Shown here: piece after piece, positions 53,020-62,905 of the stretch
How positions within the stretch are numbered: position 1 is the first letter of the stretch
Layout of the letters: every line of letters starts with the position of its first letter
Origin: Patescibacteria group bacterium
Lineage (GTDB): Bacteria > Patescibacteriota > Patescibacteriia > JAHIZJ01
DNA length: 64,000 nt
NCBI GenBank assembly: GCA_041650335.1
Contig: JBAZLK010000005.1
Span: 10,580-74,579, forward strand
Reading direction: 5' to 3'
Translations under genes and position numbers: made by a program
Notes under the pieces: generated by a model
Databases searched by the model: none
What the model was told of the DNA's origin: nothing
The model's input: the letters and a program-made list of their open reading frames with translations, nothing else

Positions 53020-55236
53020 CTACGTATCTTCCCCATCTTCTTCGGGTGTCGGCGGGTGAAGCTCCTGATCAGCCGGCTGAATAAGAATCTCGCGCGGTTT
53101 TGCCCCGTCGCCAGGGCCAATTATACCCTCTTCTTCCAATAAATCAAGAAGTCGCGCCGCCCGGGCGTAGCCAATCCGAAGCCGCCGTTGGAGCAGTGAG
53201 GCTGATGCTTTCTGGGCTTGCCAGATAACCTCCTTCGCTTTGTCGAGCAATTCATCGTCTTCGAGGTTTTCGAAGCCACCCGAGGTTGCGCTGGCCTGTT
53301 TTTCTGTTACTTCTTGTTGGTAGGCGGGCGCCGATTGTTTTTTTAAATAGGCGACAATGCGTTCAATCTCATTCTCGGCCACCAGCGCACCCTGGATCCG
53401 GCGCGGTTTTGACAGTTCAGCTGAAGTATAAAGCATGTCACCGCGGCCGAGCAGCTTCTCGGCCCCGGCGTAATCAAGGATGGTTCGGGAATCCATCTGA
53501 GAGGCGACACTGAAGGCAACGCGCGAGGTGATATTCGCTTTAATCAATCCCGTGATGACATCAACCGATGGACGCTGGGTGGAAACAATCAAGTGGATGC
53601 CGACCGCCCGGGCCATTTGAGCCAAGCGGATGATCGATCCCTCGACGTCTTGGTAGGCCTGAGCCATTAAGTCGGCTAATTCGTCAATAATGACCACGAT
53701 GTACGGTAATTTATTTAGGAGAACGCTGCCATTGTATTGAGCGATATTCTTTTTCCCGGCTTCCGCGAGCAGGCGATAGCGCCGATCCATTTCCGTAATG
53801 CACCAGCGCAGGGCATTAACCGTTTTATCTACCTCGGTGATTACCGGTGTCATGAGATGAGGGATGTCGGCGTAAGCTGAAAGTTCAACCTTTTTCGGAT
53901 CCACGAGGATAAATTTCAAATCATCCGGGCTGTTCTGGTAGAGTAAGCTGGTAATAATCGTATGAATACAGACGCTTTTTCCGGAACCGGTCGCCCCGGC
54001 GATTAGGAGATGGGGCATCGCTTCGAGATTGACGATCACGACGTTGCCGGCAACGTCCTTGCCCAGGCCAATACTCAGGTTGCCGGAGCGCTTTTTAAAT
54101 TCTTTATTCTCGATAATTTCCCGGAGACCGACCGTAGCGATTTGCTGATTTGGAACCTCGACACCAACCAATGATTTGCCCGGGATTGGCGCCTCAATCC
54201 GGATGGGGTGGGCCGCTAGTGCCAGTGCCAGGTCGTTGCTTAGACCGGTGATCTCGGACAGCCGAACGCCCTCGGCCGGCCGGAAGGTGTATTGCGTGAC
54301 CGTCGGTCCAACCTTCACCTCGCCCATTTCCACCGGGACGTTGAAATTCTCGAGCGTCTTACGAATCTTTTCGATATTACCCTCGATGTCGCCGCTCGTC
54401 GGCTTGGCGCTTTTTACATCAAGTAGATCAATCGGTAGATCAATTTTTTGTCTACGTCGGGGCGGCTGACTGGGCACCGACGGCGGCGTGGTTAGAGGTG
54501 TGTCCGATTGACGGTGGTCCGGCACCTCGGTCTGGGTGAATTCCGGATGGTCTGATTCGATCTCGGGCTCATCAGGCGAATCAACCAGTTCGTTGGGGTG
54601 ACGACGGAAGAAAGAAAAACCGGTCCGGAATTTATAGAAGAATTGACCAAGCCGCGTATGGCTGTGTGCCAGCCGTTCGAGCGAGGTATTAAAAAGAATT
54701 AAAATGGAAATGAGGCAGATGGCCAGGATGACGATGAGGGAAGCCCAAAAGCCCATTATTTTTTGGAAGGGGTAGCTCAGTATAAAACCAAGATAACCGC
54801 CGCCCCGGCCGTCACTGAACGCCTGGGTTGACTGGTCGAGGGGAATAAACAGATGAAGCAGGCCGGAGAAGGATAGGACAAAAATGATCAAACCGAGATA
54901 GTTGGTCGTTTGAAGGATGAATTGCTTCGGCCGAAGCAGCATATAGCCCCAGCCGAAGAGAACCACTGGCACAAGGAATCGTCCCCAGCCGAAGAGCTGT
55001 TTCAAAGCTTGATTAATAAACTCACCGACGGATCCAGCCGAGTTAAATAATCCAAAAACGCTGATCAAGCCAAAGGCAAACAACACGATCACGCCGATCC
55101 CTCGCCTAGTCTCCGGGGTCAGCGTCGGATCAACCGAGGACGCGGGCTCATCACGCCCATTTTCCGAATTTTGTCTGGCACCACGTTTTCTCGCCATAGT
55201 AAACCGTATTGTACCATAATTGGATGAATCCGACAA
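53020..55236 (-). CDS. ftsK: DNA translocase FtsK/SpoIIIE
   Basis: N-terminal TM helices, Walker A GATGSGKSVCIHTI, and a C-terminal gamma winged-helix LLQRRLRIGYARAARLLDLLEEEGIIGP. Confidence 0.9.
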   Translation of the reverse strand: MSDSSNYGTIRFTMARKRGARQNSENGRDEPASSVDPTLTPETRRGIGVIVLFAFGLISVFGLFNSAGSVGEFINQALKQLFGWGRFLVPVVLFGWGYMLLRPKQFILQTTNYLGLIIFVLSFSGLLHLFIPLDQSTQAFSDGRGGGYLGFILSYPFQKIMGFWASLIVILAICLISILILFNTSLERLAHSHTRLGQFFYKFRTGFSFFRRHPNELVDSPDEPEIESDHPEFTQTEVPDHRQSDTPLTTPPSVPSQPPRRRQKIDLPIDLLDVKSAKPTSGDIEGNIEKIRKTLENFNVPVEMGEVKVGPTVTQYTFRPAEGVRLSEITGLSNDLALALAAHPIRIEAPIPGKSLVGVEVPNQQIATVGLREIIENKEFKKRSGNLSIGLGKDVAGNVVIVNLEAMPHLLIAGATGSGKSVCIHTIITSLLYQNSPDDLKFILVDPKKVELSAYADIPHLMTPVITEVDKTVNALRWCITEMDRRYRLLAEAGKKNIAQYNGSVLLNKLPYIVVIIDELADLMAQAYQDVEGSIIRLAQMARAVGIHLIVSTQRPSVDVITGLIKANITSRVAFSVASQMDSRTILDYAGAEKLLGRGDMLYTSAELSKPRRIQGALVAENEIERIVAYLKKQSAPAYQQEVTEKQASATSGGFENLEDDELLDKAKEVIWQAQKASASLLQRRLRIGYARAARLLDLLEEEGIIGPGDGAKPREILIQPADQELHPPTPEEDGEDT

Positions 55237-55254
55237 ACCGCTTAACGACCAAAA

Positions 55255-55282
55255 AAGGCCTATTTCTAGGCCATTTTTGTAT
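55255..55282. terminator. bidirectional terminator downstream of rpoC (aaaaaaggccta-tttc-taggcc-attttt)
   Basis: Perfect 6-bp stem with an A-run and a T-run. Confidence 0.6.
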
Positions 55283-55297
55283 CATTTGAGAAGCGTA

Positions 55298-58200
55298 TTA
55301 TTCCTTTTTTTCACGGAAACCCGTGCCCGAGGGGATGAGTTTTCCGATGATCACATTCTCTTTCAGGCCGCGGAGCTTATCGACTTTCCCAGAGACGGCT
55401 GCGTCAATGAGGACGCGGGCGGTTTCTTGGAAAGAGGCGGCGGAGAGGAAACTGTCGGTCGTGAGCGAGGCTTTCGTAATGCCGAGGAGCAGCGATTCAG
55501 CCTCGACCTTTTTCCCGCCACTCTTAATCTTCTCGTTGGCTTCATGATATTCGCTCAAGGTGACGATCTCGCCGGCTAATAGGTCGGAATCGCCGGCATC
55601 TTTTACGTATAAGCGCGAGAACATTTGGCGGACTATTACCTCGACGTGTTTATCGTTTAGTTTCTGCCCTTGCGAGGAGTAGATATAGCCGATTTCCTTG
55701 ATGATATATTTTTGCGTCGCTTCCCGACCCTTCAAATGGAAGAGCTGGTGCAGATCGACGTTTCCCTCGGTCAGCTGGTCACCCTTTTTCACCAGATCCC
55801 CGTCTTTTATCCAGACGCTATAGCCGACCGGTACCGGATATTCCCGTTCGCGCTGGCCTTCGTAGGCAATTTTTAATTTATGATCGGCTAGCTCAACCAC
55901 GCCGGCGTGGCGGACTTTCATTTCTTGATCGCCCTGAAGCCAAAGGACGTCGCCCTTCTTCACCTTTTGCGTATCCTTGACTTTGAGCGTCACGGCCGGC
56001 TCGCCTTTTTTCGGCTGCGGGATCGTATAGACGTCGCTGATTTCTTCCTCGGAAACGAGTTTCACAATCTGCTGTTTGCCTTGGCGAGTGACATACACTT
56101 GACCGTCAACCTCGGCTAAGATAGCCGGTTTCTTTATGGGGCGGGCTTCAAAAAGTTCTTCCACGCGGGGCAGACCTTGGGTGATATCAAGTCCGGCCAC
56201 GCCGCCGGTGTGGAAGGTCCGCATGGTCAGCTGTGTGCCGGGTTCACCGATGCTCTGGGCGGCGATAATACCGACGGCCACGCCGATGCCGACCGGTTTA
56301 TTGTAGCCGAGATCATAGCCATAACATTTCTGGCAGATGCCACGGAGTGTTTGGCAGGCCAGGGGCGAGCGCATTTTCACCTCGGGGACTGGCACGCCTT
56401 TCAGTTTCTCGGCTAATTCCCGGGTGACGATCTCGCCTTTCTTCAACAGCACTTTGCCGGTTTTCGGATGCTTGACGTCCACCAAGAGAAAACGTCCAAC
56501 GATGCGCTCATGCAGTTGTTCACCACTCGCTTCACACTCGGCTTGAGTGAGCGTCAGACCGATATCGTCGCCGCAATCTTCTTCGACAATCGATAAGTCT
56601 TGGGCGACGTCGATCAACCGGCGGGTAAGATAGCCGGCGTTGGCGGTGCGGAGCGCCGTGTCGGAAAGACCTTTTCGGGCGCCGTGCGTTGAGATGAAAT
56701 ATTCCAAAACGTCGAACCCCTCTTTAAAGCTTCCTTTTACCGGCAGTTCAATAATTTCACCGGCTGGATTTGTCACCAAGCCCTTCATGCCCATCATCTG
56801 GGTGACTTGCGCCCAGGTACCGCGCGCGCCTGATTCGATCATGGCGTAGACTGGACCGGTTGGATCAAGCGATTTGCGACAAGCCACAGTGACATTCTCT
56901 TTTGCCTTATTCCAGGTATCAATAATCTTCGCGTGCCGTTCTTCTTCGGTCAGAAGGCCGTTCTGATAATGTTCCTCAATCTCGGCGACCTTTTTCTCGG
57001 CGCCGGTGATAATCCCATATTTCGGTTCGGGCGCCGGCAAATCGCCCATTCCCCAGCTCATCCCTGAGCGAGTGACATACTCAAAGCTGGCCGGCATGAG
57101 TTTATCGAGGAACTCGACGGATTTTTCTGGCCCGTGAGTATTCAGTATTTGGCTGGTTAAAATGCGCAGCGCTTTTTTATCCATGACCGCGTTTACGTAC
57201 GGCGTCCCCTCGGGAAGCAGTTGGTTGAATAATAACCGGCCAACACTCGAAACGATAAATTCGCCATCATGTTTCACCCGGATCGGCTCCTGCAACGTAA
57301 TAATGTTTACGTTGTAGGCCAGGATCGCTTCCTCGGTTGTGCCAAAAGCGCGCAGAGACTTCAGGTCAATATTCGCTTCGTCGATGATATAGGTCATATG
57401 GAAACAGCCAAGCACCATGTCTTGGTTTGGCATACAGACTGGTTCGCCGGTGGCCGGTTTCAGAAGATTCTTTGTGGAGCGCATCAGTTCGGCCGCTTCC
57501 CACTTCGCCCGTTCGGTGAGTGGGATATGAACGGCCATTTGGTCGCCGTCAAAGTCGGCGTTAAACGCCGGACAAACCAAGGGGTGGATTTGAATTGCTT
57601 TTCCCTCGATCAGCAGCGGTTGGAATGCCTGGATGCCGAGGCGGTGAAGAGTTGGTGCCCGGTTCAGGAGAACATTTGCTTGCTGGGTGATTTCCTCAAG
57701 GATATCCCAAACTTCCGGCCGGTTTGATTCGATGAACCGGCTGGCCGAGCGCACGTTATGGACGAGTTCCCGTTGGATTAATTTACTGATGACAAACGGC
57801 TTAAACAGTTCCAGGGCCATCTTTTTCGGCAGGCCGCATTGGTGGAGATGGAGTCGGGGACCAACCACAATAACTGAGCGGCCAGAATAGTCGACGCGTT
57901 TGCCGAGGAGGTTTTGGCGGAAGCGGCCCTGTTTCCCTTTCAGGATATCGGCCAGCGACTTCAGCATCCGTTTCTGGCCGGTCGAGGCGGTAACGGTCTT
58001 TCCGTGGCGGGCGCTGTTATCAATCAGCGCGTCAACGGCTTCTTGGAGCATCCGTTTTTCATTTCGGGTGATGACTTCGGGGGCGTTGAGTTCGAGTAAG
58101 CGCTTGAGCCGATTGTTCCGGTTAATGACGCGGCGGTAGAGATCGTTCAAATCAGACGCGGCAAATCGGCCGCCATCGAGCTGAACCATTGGCCGGAGAT

Positions 58201-59161
58201 CCGGCGGAATGACTGGCAGTACGGTGACGATCATCCATTCCGGCCGGATATTGTTTTTCTCGAGATTATGAACGAGTTTCAGGCGTCGGACGACCTTGCG
58301 TTTGCGGTTAAACGAAGCCTTTTCAACCTCTTCTTCAAGTTCCTTGATCAGCGCCGGAAACTGGATCTCGGACAAAAGGTGATGGATCGCTTCAGCACCG
58401 ATGCTGGCCTCAAACACGTGACCATATTTCAGCGATAAATCTTGATACGTATTTTCAGAAATGATCAGCTTCTTTTTCAAACTGCGGAGTTCTTTCCGGG
58501 CGGTTTCAGCCAGAAGATCGAGCTCCTTTAATTTTTCATCCTTTTGCAGGGCGTTGGTAGCGAGCTCGTCGTTCATTTTCTTTTCGACGTCGCCATTCTT
58601 GGTCGCTTCCGCCCCGAAGCGTTGGCGGATCTCATTGGCTAACCGGTTGAATTGATTCTCGATTTGTTTCTTCTTGGACTGCGCTTCATGGTCGACTTGC
58701 TTCAGCGTCTCTTGGCGCAGCTCGTCATTAACATTAGTAATAATGAAATTCGCAAAATAAATGACCTTCTCGAGTTCTTGGGTGGAAAGATCGAGCACGA
58801 GGCCGATCTTTGATGGCACCCCGCGCAAGAACCAAATATGAGAGACGGGCGCTGCCAGGTTGATGTGACCCATCCGTTCGCGACGAACAATGCTGCGGGT
58901 AACTTCAACTCCGCACTTATCGCAAATAATGCCTTTGTAGCGGATGCGCTTGTATTTACCGCAGTAGCACTCCCAGTCCTTCGACGGGCCAAAAATTTCT
59001 TCGGCAAACAACCCATCCTTTTCAGGTTTCTGGGTGCGGTAATTAATGGTTTCCGGTTTCGTCACCTCGCCATACGACCATTCGTGGATTTCGTCAGGCG
59101 ACGCGAGTTTGAGGCGGATGGCAGTGAATTCTAATGTTTTAACGTCTTCTTGAAATGGCAT
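55298..59161 (-). CDS. rpoC: DNA-directed RNA polymerase subunit beta'
   Basis: 1287 aa. The NADFDGD catalytic motif, Zn-binding CxxC motifs and extensive conserved blocks are present. Confidence 0.95.
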   Translation of the reverse strand: MPFQEDVKTLEFTAIRLKLASPDEIHEWSYGEVTKPETINYRTQKPEKDGLFAEEIFGPSKDWECYCGKYKRIRYKGIICDKCGVEVTRSIVRRERMGHINLAAPVSHIWFLRGVPSKIGLVLDLSTQELEKVIYFANFIITNVNDELRQETLKQVDHEAQSKKKQIENQFNRLANEIRQRFGAEATKNGDVEKKMNDELATNALQKDEKLKELDLLAETARKELRSLKKKLIISENTYQDLSLKYGHVFEASIGAEAIHHLLSEIQFPALIKELEEEVEKASFNRKRKVVRRLKLVHNLEKNNIRPEWMIVTVLPVIPPDLRPMVQLDGGRFAASDLNDLYRRVINRNNRLKRLLELNAPEVITRNEKRMLQEAVDALIDNSARHGKTVTASTGQKRMLKSLADILKGKQGRFRQNLLGKRVDYSGRSVIVVGPRLHLHQCGLPKKMALELFKPFVISKLIQRELVHNVRSASRFIESNRPEVWDILEEITQQANVLLNRAPTLHRLGIQAFQPLLIEGKAIQIHPLVCPAFNADFDGDQMAVHIPLTERAKWEAAELMRSTKNLLKPATGEPVCMPNQDMVLGCFHMTYIIDEANIDLKSLRAFGTTEEAILAYNVNIITLQEPIRVKHDGEFIVSSVGRLLFNQLLPEGTPYVNAVMDKKALRILTSQILNTHGPEKSVEFLDKLMPASFEYVTRSGMSWGMGDLPAPEPKYGIITGAEKKVAEIEEHYQNGLLTEEERHAKIIDTWNKAKENVTVACRKSLDPTGPVYAMIESGARGTWAQVTQMMGMKGLVTNPAGEIIELPVKGSFKEGFDVLEYFISTHGARKGLSDTALRTANAGYLTRRLIDVAQDLSIVEEDCGDDIGLTLTQAECEASGEQLHERIVGRFLLVDVKHPKTGKVLLKKGEIVTRELAEKLKGVPVPEVKMRSPLACQTLRGICQKCYGYDLGYNKPVGIGVAVGIIAAQSIGEPGTQLTMRTFHTGGVAGLDITQGLPRVEELFEARPIKKPAILAEVDGQVYVTRQGKQQIVKLVSEEEISDVYTIPQPKKGEPAVTLKVKDTQKVKKGDVLWLQGDQEMKVRHAGVVELADHKLKIAYEGQREREYPVPVGYSVWIKDGDLVKKGDQLTEGNVDLHQLFHLKGREATQKYIIKEIGYIYSSQGQKLNDKHVEVIVRQMFSRLYVKDAGDSDLLAGEIVTLSEYHEANEKIKSGGKKVEAESLLLGITKASLTTDSFLSAASFQETARVLIDAAVSGKVDKLRGLKENVIIGKLIPSGTGFREKKE

Positions 59162-59165
59162 ACGG

Positions 59166-62100
59166 TTATTTCTTCTTCACTTTCTCTTCTTTGTCCTTTT
59201 TCGGCGCCGCCGTTGCTGGCTTCGTCTCGGTTTCAGGCTTTGGTGCCTCGGCCGCAGTGTCCTCGGCTTTTACGTCGCTGATCAGTTCCACGTCGAGACC
59301 CAAACCTTTCAATTCACGGACTAAGACATTGAATGACTCTGGCACGTTTATTTTCTTGATTGCTTCACCTTTAATAATTGCTTCGTACGCCTTTGAGCGG
59401 CCCGGTACATCATCCGATTTAATGGTCAGCATTTCTTGGAGGGTGTAGGCGGCGCCATAGGCTTCGAGCGCCCAGACTTCCATTTCACCGAAGCGCTGGC
59501 CACCGAACTGAGCCTTCCCGCCGAGCGGTTGCTGTGTGACGAGCGAGTAGGGGCCGATTGAACGCTGGTGAATCTTGTCCTCAACCAGGTGATTGAGTTT
59601 CATGATATAGATATAGCCGACTGTTACCTTTTGACCGAAGGGTTCACCGGTGCGGCCGTCGAAAAGCATCACCTTGCCGTCTTCCGGTAAGCCGGCGCGT
59701 TTCAATTCCGCGCGGATTTGATCTTCCTGGATGCCGTCGAGTACCGGCGTGGCGACATTGTAGCCGAGCTTGTGGGCGGCAAAACCGATGTGTGTTTCGA
59801 GGATTTGACCGAGGTTCATGCGGGAGACAACGCCAAGTGGATTCAAGATGATATCGACCGGCCGCCCGTCTTCAAGGAACGGGAGATCTTCGGTTGCGAC
59901 CACGCGGGAAATAACGCCTTTGTTGCCGTGGCGGCCAGCTAGCTTGTCGCCGACCTGGACTTTGCGCAACTGGGCAACCGAAACCTGGATTGTCTTGATT
60001 ACGCCTGCCGGCAGCTTATCGCCGTTTTCTTTGGAGAATATCTTTATATCCACAACCTTGCCGTGTTCGCCGTGTTCGAGGTAGAGCGACGAGTCTTTGA
60101 CGTCCTTCGCTTTTTCACCGAAGATTGCCCGAAGCAATTTTTCTTCAGCCGAGAGCTCGGTTTCGCCTTTGGGAGTGATTTTTCCAACGAGAATATCGCC
60201 CGAGGAAACTTCGGCGCCAATGCGAACTACGCCATTTTCGTCAAGATCTTTCAACTTTTCTTCGCTGACATTCGGAATATCGCGCGTCACAACCTCGGGG
60301 CCGAGTTTTGTATCGCGAATGTCGACGGAATAATCTTCGATATGAATCGAGGTAAAAGCATCTGCTTGAACGACGCGCTCGGAAACGAGAATTGCGTCTT
60401 CGTAATTGCCGCCCTCCCAGGGGATGAACGCAACCAGAATGTTTTGCCCGAGGGCGAGCTCGCCGAACTGGGTTGAGGCTCCATCCGCCAGCACCGCTCC
60501 AACCTCAACGCGGTCGTTTCGATCTACCAGAGGGCGTTGATTCATGCAGGTGGCGGCGTTTGAACGGACAAAATTGCCGAGCCGGTAGGTTTGAATCGTG
60601 TTATCGTCGGCGGTGATCTGGATTTCGGAGGCCTGGACTTTCGTAACGACGCCGGCTTTCTTGGCAATAATAACGTGGCCGGAATCGCGCGCGGCACGTT
60701 CCTCAACGCCGGTGCCGACGATTGGCGCCTGCGGCCGGATGCAGGAAACGGCCTGACGCTGCATGTTTGTACCCATTAAGGCGCGGGCCGCATCGTCGTG
60801 TTCCAAAAACGGTATCAGCGAGGTGGCGACGCTAATAATCTGTTTCGGCGATATGGCGACAAAATCAATCTCTTCGATCGGCGCGATCGTCGGTTCGCCG
60901 TGGCTGCGCGCCTCGGCCCGATCAAAGGCGAAGTAGTTTTCATCGTCGAGCGGGGTCGTGGCCTGAGTCGTGACGTAGCGCTCTTCTTCAAATGCGTCGA
61001 GTGAAACAATTTCATCGGTTACGCGCGGCCAGATCCGAACCGTTGCCTGGCCGTTTTTCTTTATTTTCTTGGCGACCTCGGCCGAAATCCGTTCGCCCCG
61101 TTTAACGAGAATAGCGCCGGATTCATCTTTCAAGTCCTCGCCGGAACGCTGGGTAGCGGCTGTGGTTCCGTCATTCGGCACTTCTTTCAATATTTTCCGA
61201 TAGGGCGTTTCGATAAAGCCATAATCATTGATTTTGGCATAGGTGGTCAGGTGGCCAACCAAGCCGATGTTTGGGCCTTCCGGCGTGGCGATCGGGCAAA
61301 TCCGGCCATAGTGCGTCCGGTGCACATCGCGAACATCAAAGCCGGCCCGTTCACGCGACAACCCGCCTGGCCCCATCGCCGAAAGCCGTCGTTTATGCTC
61401 GAGCTCAGCCAGGGGATTGGTCTGGTCCATGAATTGGGAGAGCTGGGATGACATGAAGAACTCTTTGACCGCGCCCATGACCGGCCGGGCGTTTATCAGC
61501 TGATTCGGGGTAAGCGTGTTGATGTCCATCGTGCTCATCCGGTCGCGGATGATACGCTCCATCCGAGCCAAGCCGACGCGGAACTTGTTTTGGACAAGTT
61601 CGCCGATCGCCCGGACGCGGCGATTGCCGAGGTGGTCAATGTCGTCCGATTCTTTCTGCGAATTATTGAGCGAGATAATTTCCTTGATAATGGCGATCAA
61701 GTCCTCTTTGCGGAGGACGCGTGTTTCCTTCGTGATCGGAATATCGAAGCCAAAGCGCTGATTCAGCTTGTACCGGCCGACGCGGCCGAAATCATACCGA
61801 TCGAACGAGAAAAACATTTTGTAAATCAGGTCGCGGGCATTGTCGACGGTCGCGAGGTCGCCGGGCCGAATGCGCTTATAGACTTCTTTCAAACCCTCAG
61901 CCTCGGAACGAGCCACGTCTTTTGCAATTGTCTGGTCGATGTAGCGCACATCGGGATTAGTATCGACGTCTTTGAACAAATCCTTGATTTCTTCGTCGCC
62001 ACCACTCCCGAAGGCGCGGAGTAAGCTGGTAATGGCGACTTTCCGCTTCCGGTCTATTTTGACGATGATAACATTATTAAAATCAGTCTCAAGCTCGAGC

Positions 62101-62594
62101 CAGGCGCCGCGGTTTGGGATGATTTTCGCGCCATAGTAGCGGCGGCCGCGGTAGAGCTCGGAGGTAAAAAATACCCCAGCCGAACGGATAAGCTGGGAGA
62201 CGACCACGCGCTCGATGCCATTGATAATAAAGGTGCCGCGATCGGTCATGAGCGGGAAATCGCCAAGATAGACCTCTTGTTCCTTTATTTCGCCAGTTTT
62301 CTTGTTGAGCAGCTTGCAGTTTACCCGCAGGGCGGCTTCATAGGTCAAATTCTTTGATTTGGCGGTCACTTCATCGAAGCGCGGCTCATCGAGATAATAG
62401 TCGCCGAAGGATAACTCAAGATTCCGGCCCATATATTCGCGGACCGGCGATATTTCCTCGAAGAGCTCCTTCAAACCCTCGCGGAAGAACCAGTCGTATG
62501 ACTGGCGGAGGATTGTGATGAGATTCGGTAAGGGAATGACTTCGCGCTGGGGCTTAAAGAATTTCCGCTCCAGCTTGGTAATGGAGTCAGACAT
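59166..62594 (-). CDS. rpoB: DNA-directed RNA polymerase subunit beta
   Basis: 1142 aa with conserved rifampicin-region and catalytic blocks. Directly upstream of rpoC. Confidence 0.95.
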   Translation of the reverse strand: MSDSITKLERKFFKPQREVIPLPNLITILRQSYDWFFREGLKELFEEISPVREYMGRNLELSFGDYYLDEPRFDEVTAKSKNLTYEAALRVNCKLLNKKTGEIKEQEVYLGDFPLMTDRGTFIINGIERVVVSQLIRSAGVFFTSELYRGRRYYGAKIIPNRGAWLELETDFNNVIIVKIDRKRKVAITSLLRAFGSGGDEEIKDLFKDVDTNPDVRYIDQTIAKDVARSEAEGLKEVYKRIRPGDLATVDNARDLIYKMFFSFDRYDFGRVGRYKLNQRFGFDIPITKETRVLRKEDLIAIIKEIISLNNSQKESDDIDHLGNRRVRAIGELVQNKFRVGLARMERIIRDRMSTMDINTLTPNQLINARPVMGAVKEFFMSSQLSQFMDQTNPLAELEHKRRLSAMGPGGLSRERAGFDVRDVHRTHYGRICPIATPEGPNIGLVGHLTTYAKINDYGFIETPYRKILKEVPNDGTTAATQRSGEDLKDESGAILVKRGERISAEVAKKIKKNGQATVRIWPRVTDEIVSLDAFEEERYVTTQATTPLDDENYFAFDRAEARSHGEPTIAPIEEIDFVAISPKQIISVATSLIPFLEHDDAARALMGTNMQRQAVSCIRPQAPIVGTGVEERAARDSGHVIIAKKAGVVTKVQASEIQITADDNTIQTYRLGNFVRSNAATCMNQRPLVDRNDRVEVGAVLADGASTQFGELALGQNILVAFIPWEGGNYEDAILVSERVVQADAFTSIHIEDYSVDIRDTKLGPEVVTRDIPNVSEEKLKDLDENGVVRIGAEVSSGDILVGKITPKGETELSAEEKLLRAIFGEKAKDVKDSSLYLEHGEHGKVVDIKIFSKENGDKLPAGVIKTIQVSVAQLRKVQVGDKLAGRHGNKGVISRVVATEDLPFLEDGRPVDIILNPLGVVSRMNLGQILETHIGFAAHKLGYNVATPVLDGIQEDQIRAELKRAGLPEDGKVMLFDGRTGEPFGQKVTVGYIYIMKLNHLVEDKIHQRSIGPYSLVTQQPLGGKAQFGGQRFGEMEVWALEAYGAAYTLQEMLTIKSDDVPGRSKAYEAIIKGEAIKKINVPESFNVLVRELKGLGLDVELISDVKAEDTAAEAPKPETETKPATAAPKKDKEEKVKKK

Positions 62595-62838
62595 AAAAAT
62601 AGCCCCGCTCCCCGGATGGGAGGGGTTGTTCGAACTGTTTACGATTGGTCAGAAGACCAGGACAATATTGACAGAAAATTATTCCCTATATCTATAGGGT
62701 TGATATTCATAGATTGATAATAACACCATTTTCTGCGTTGTCAAGGATAATAGGGGAAAACAAGGTAATAAGATAATTTGGCTAATATTAGTATATTTAG
62801 AATATTCTTGCCTAAAATAGGCCAAAAAATATGTTAAG

Positions 62839-62858
62839 TTATCCACAGGTTATCCAAA
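62839..62858. promoter_or_regulatory. two tandem DnaA-box motifs, TTATCCACA (perfect consensus) and TTATCCAAA, as direct repeats 11 bp apart
   Basis: ttatccacaggttatccaaa, seen directly. It sits in the rpoB upstream / surface-protein downstream intergenic region. Confidence 0.55.
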
Positions 62859-62865
62859 ATAATAC

Positions 62866-62892
62866 AAAAACCAGGCTTTTTGCCTGGTTTTT
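62866..62892. terminator. bidirectional terminator (aaaaaccaggc-tttt-gcctggtt-ttt)
   Basis: 8-bp near-perfect stem flanked by A and T runs, immediately downstream of the minus-strand surface-protein gene. Confidence 0.65.
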
Positions 62893-62905
62893 TATGTCTG
62901 AGTAG

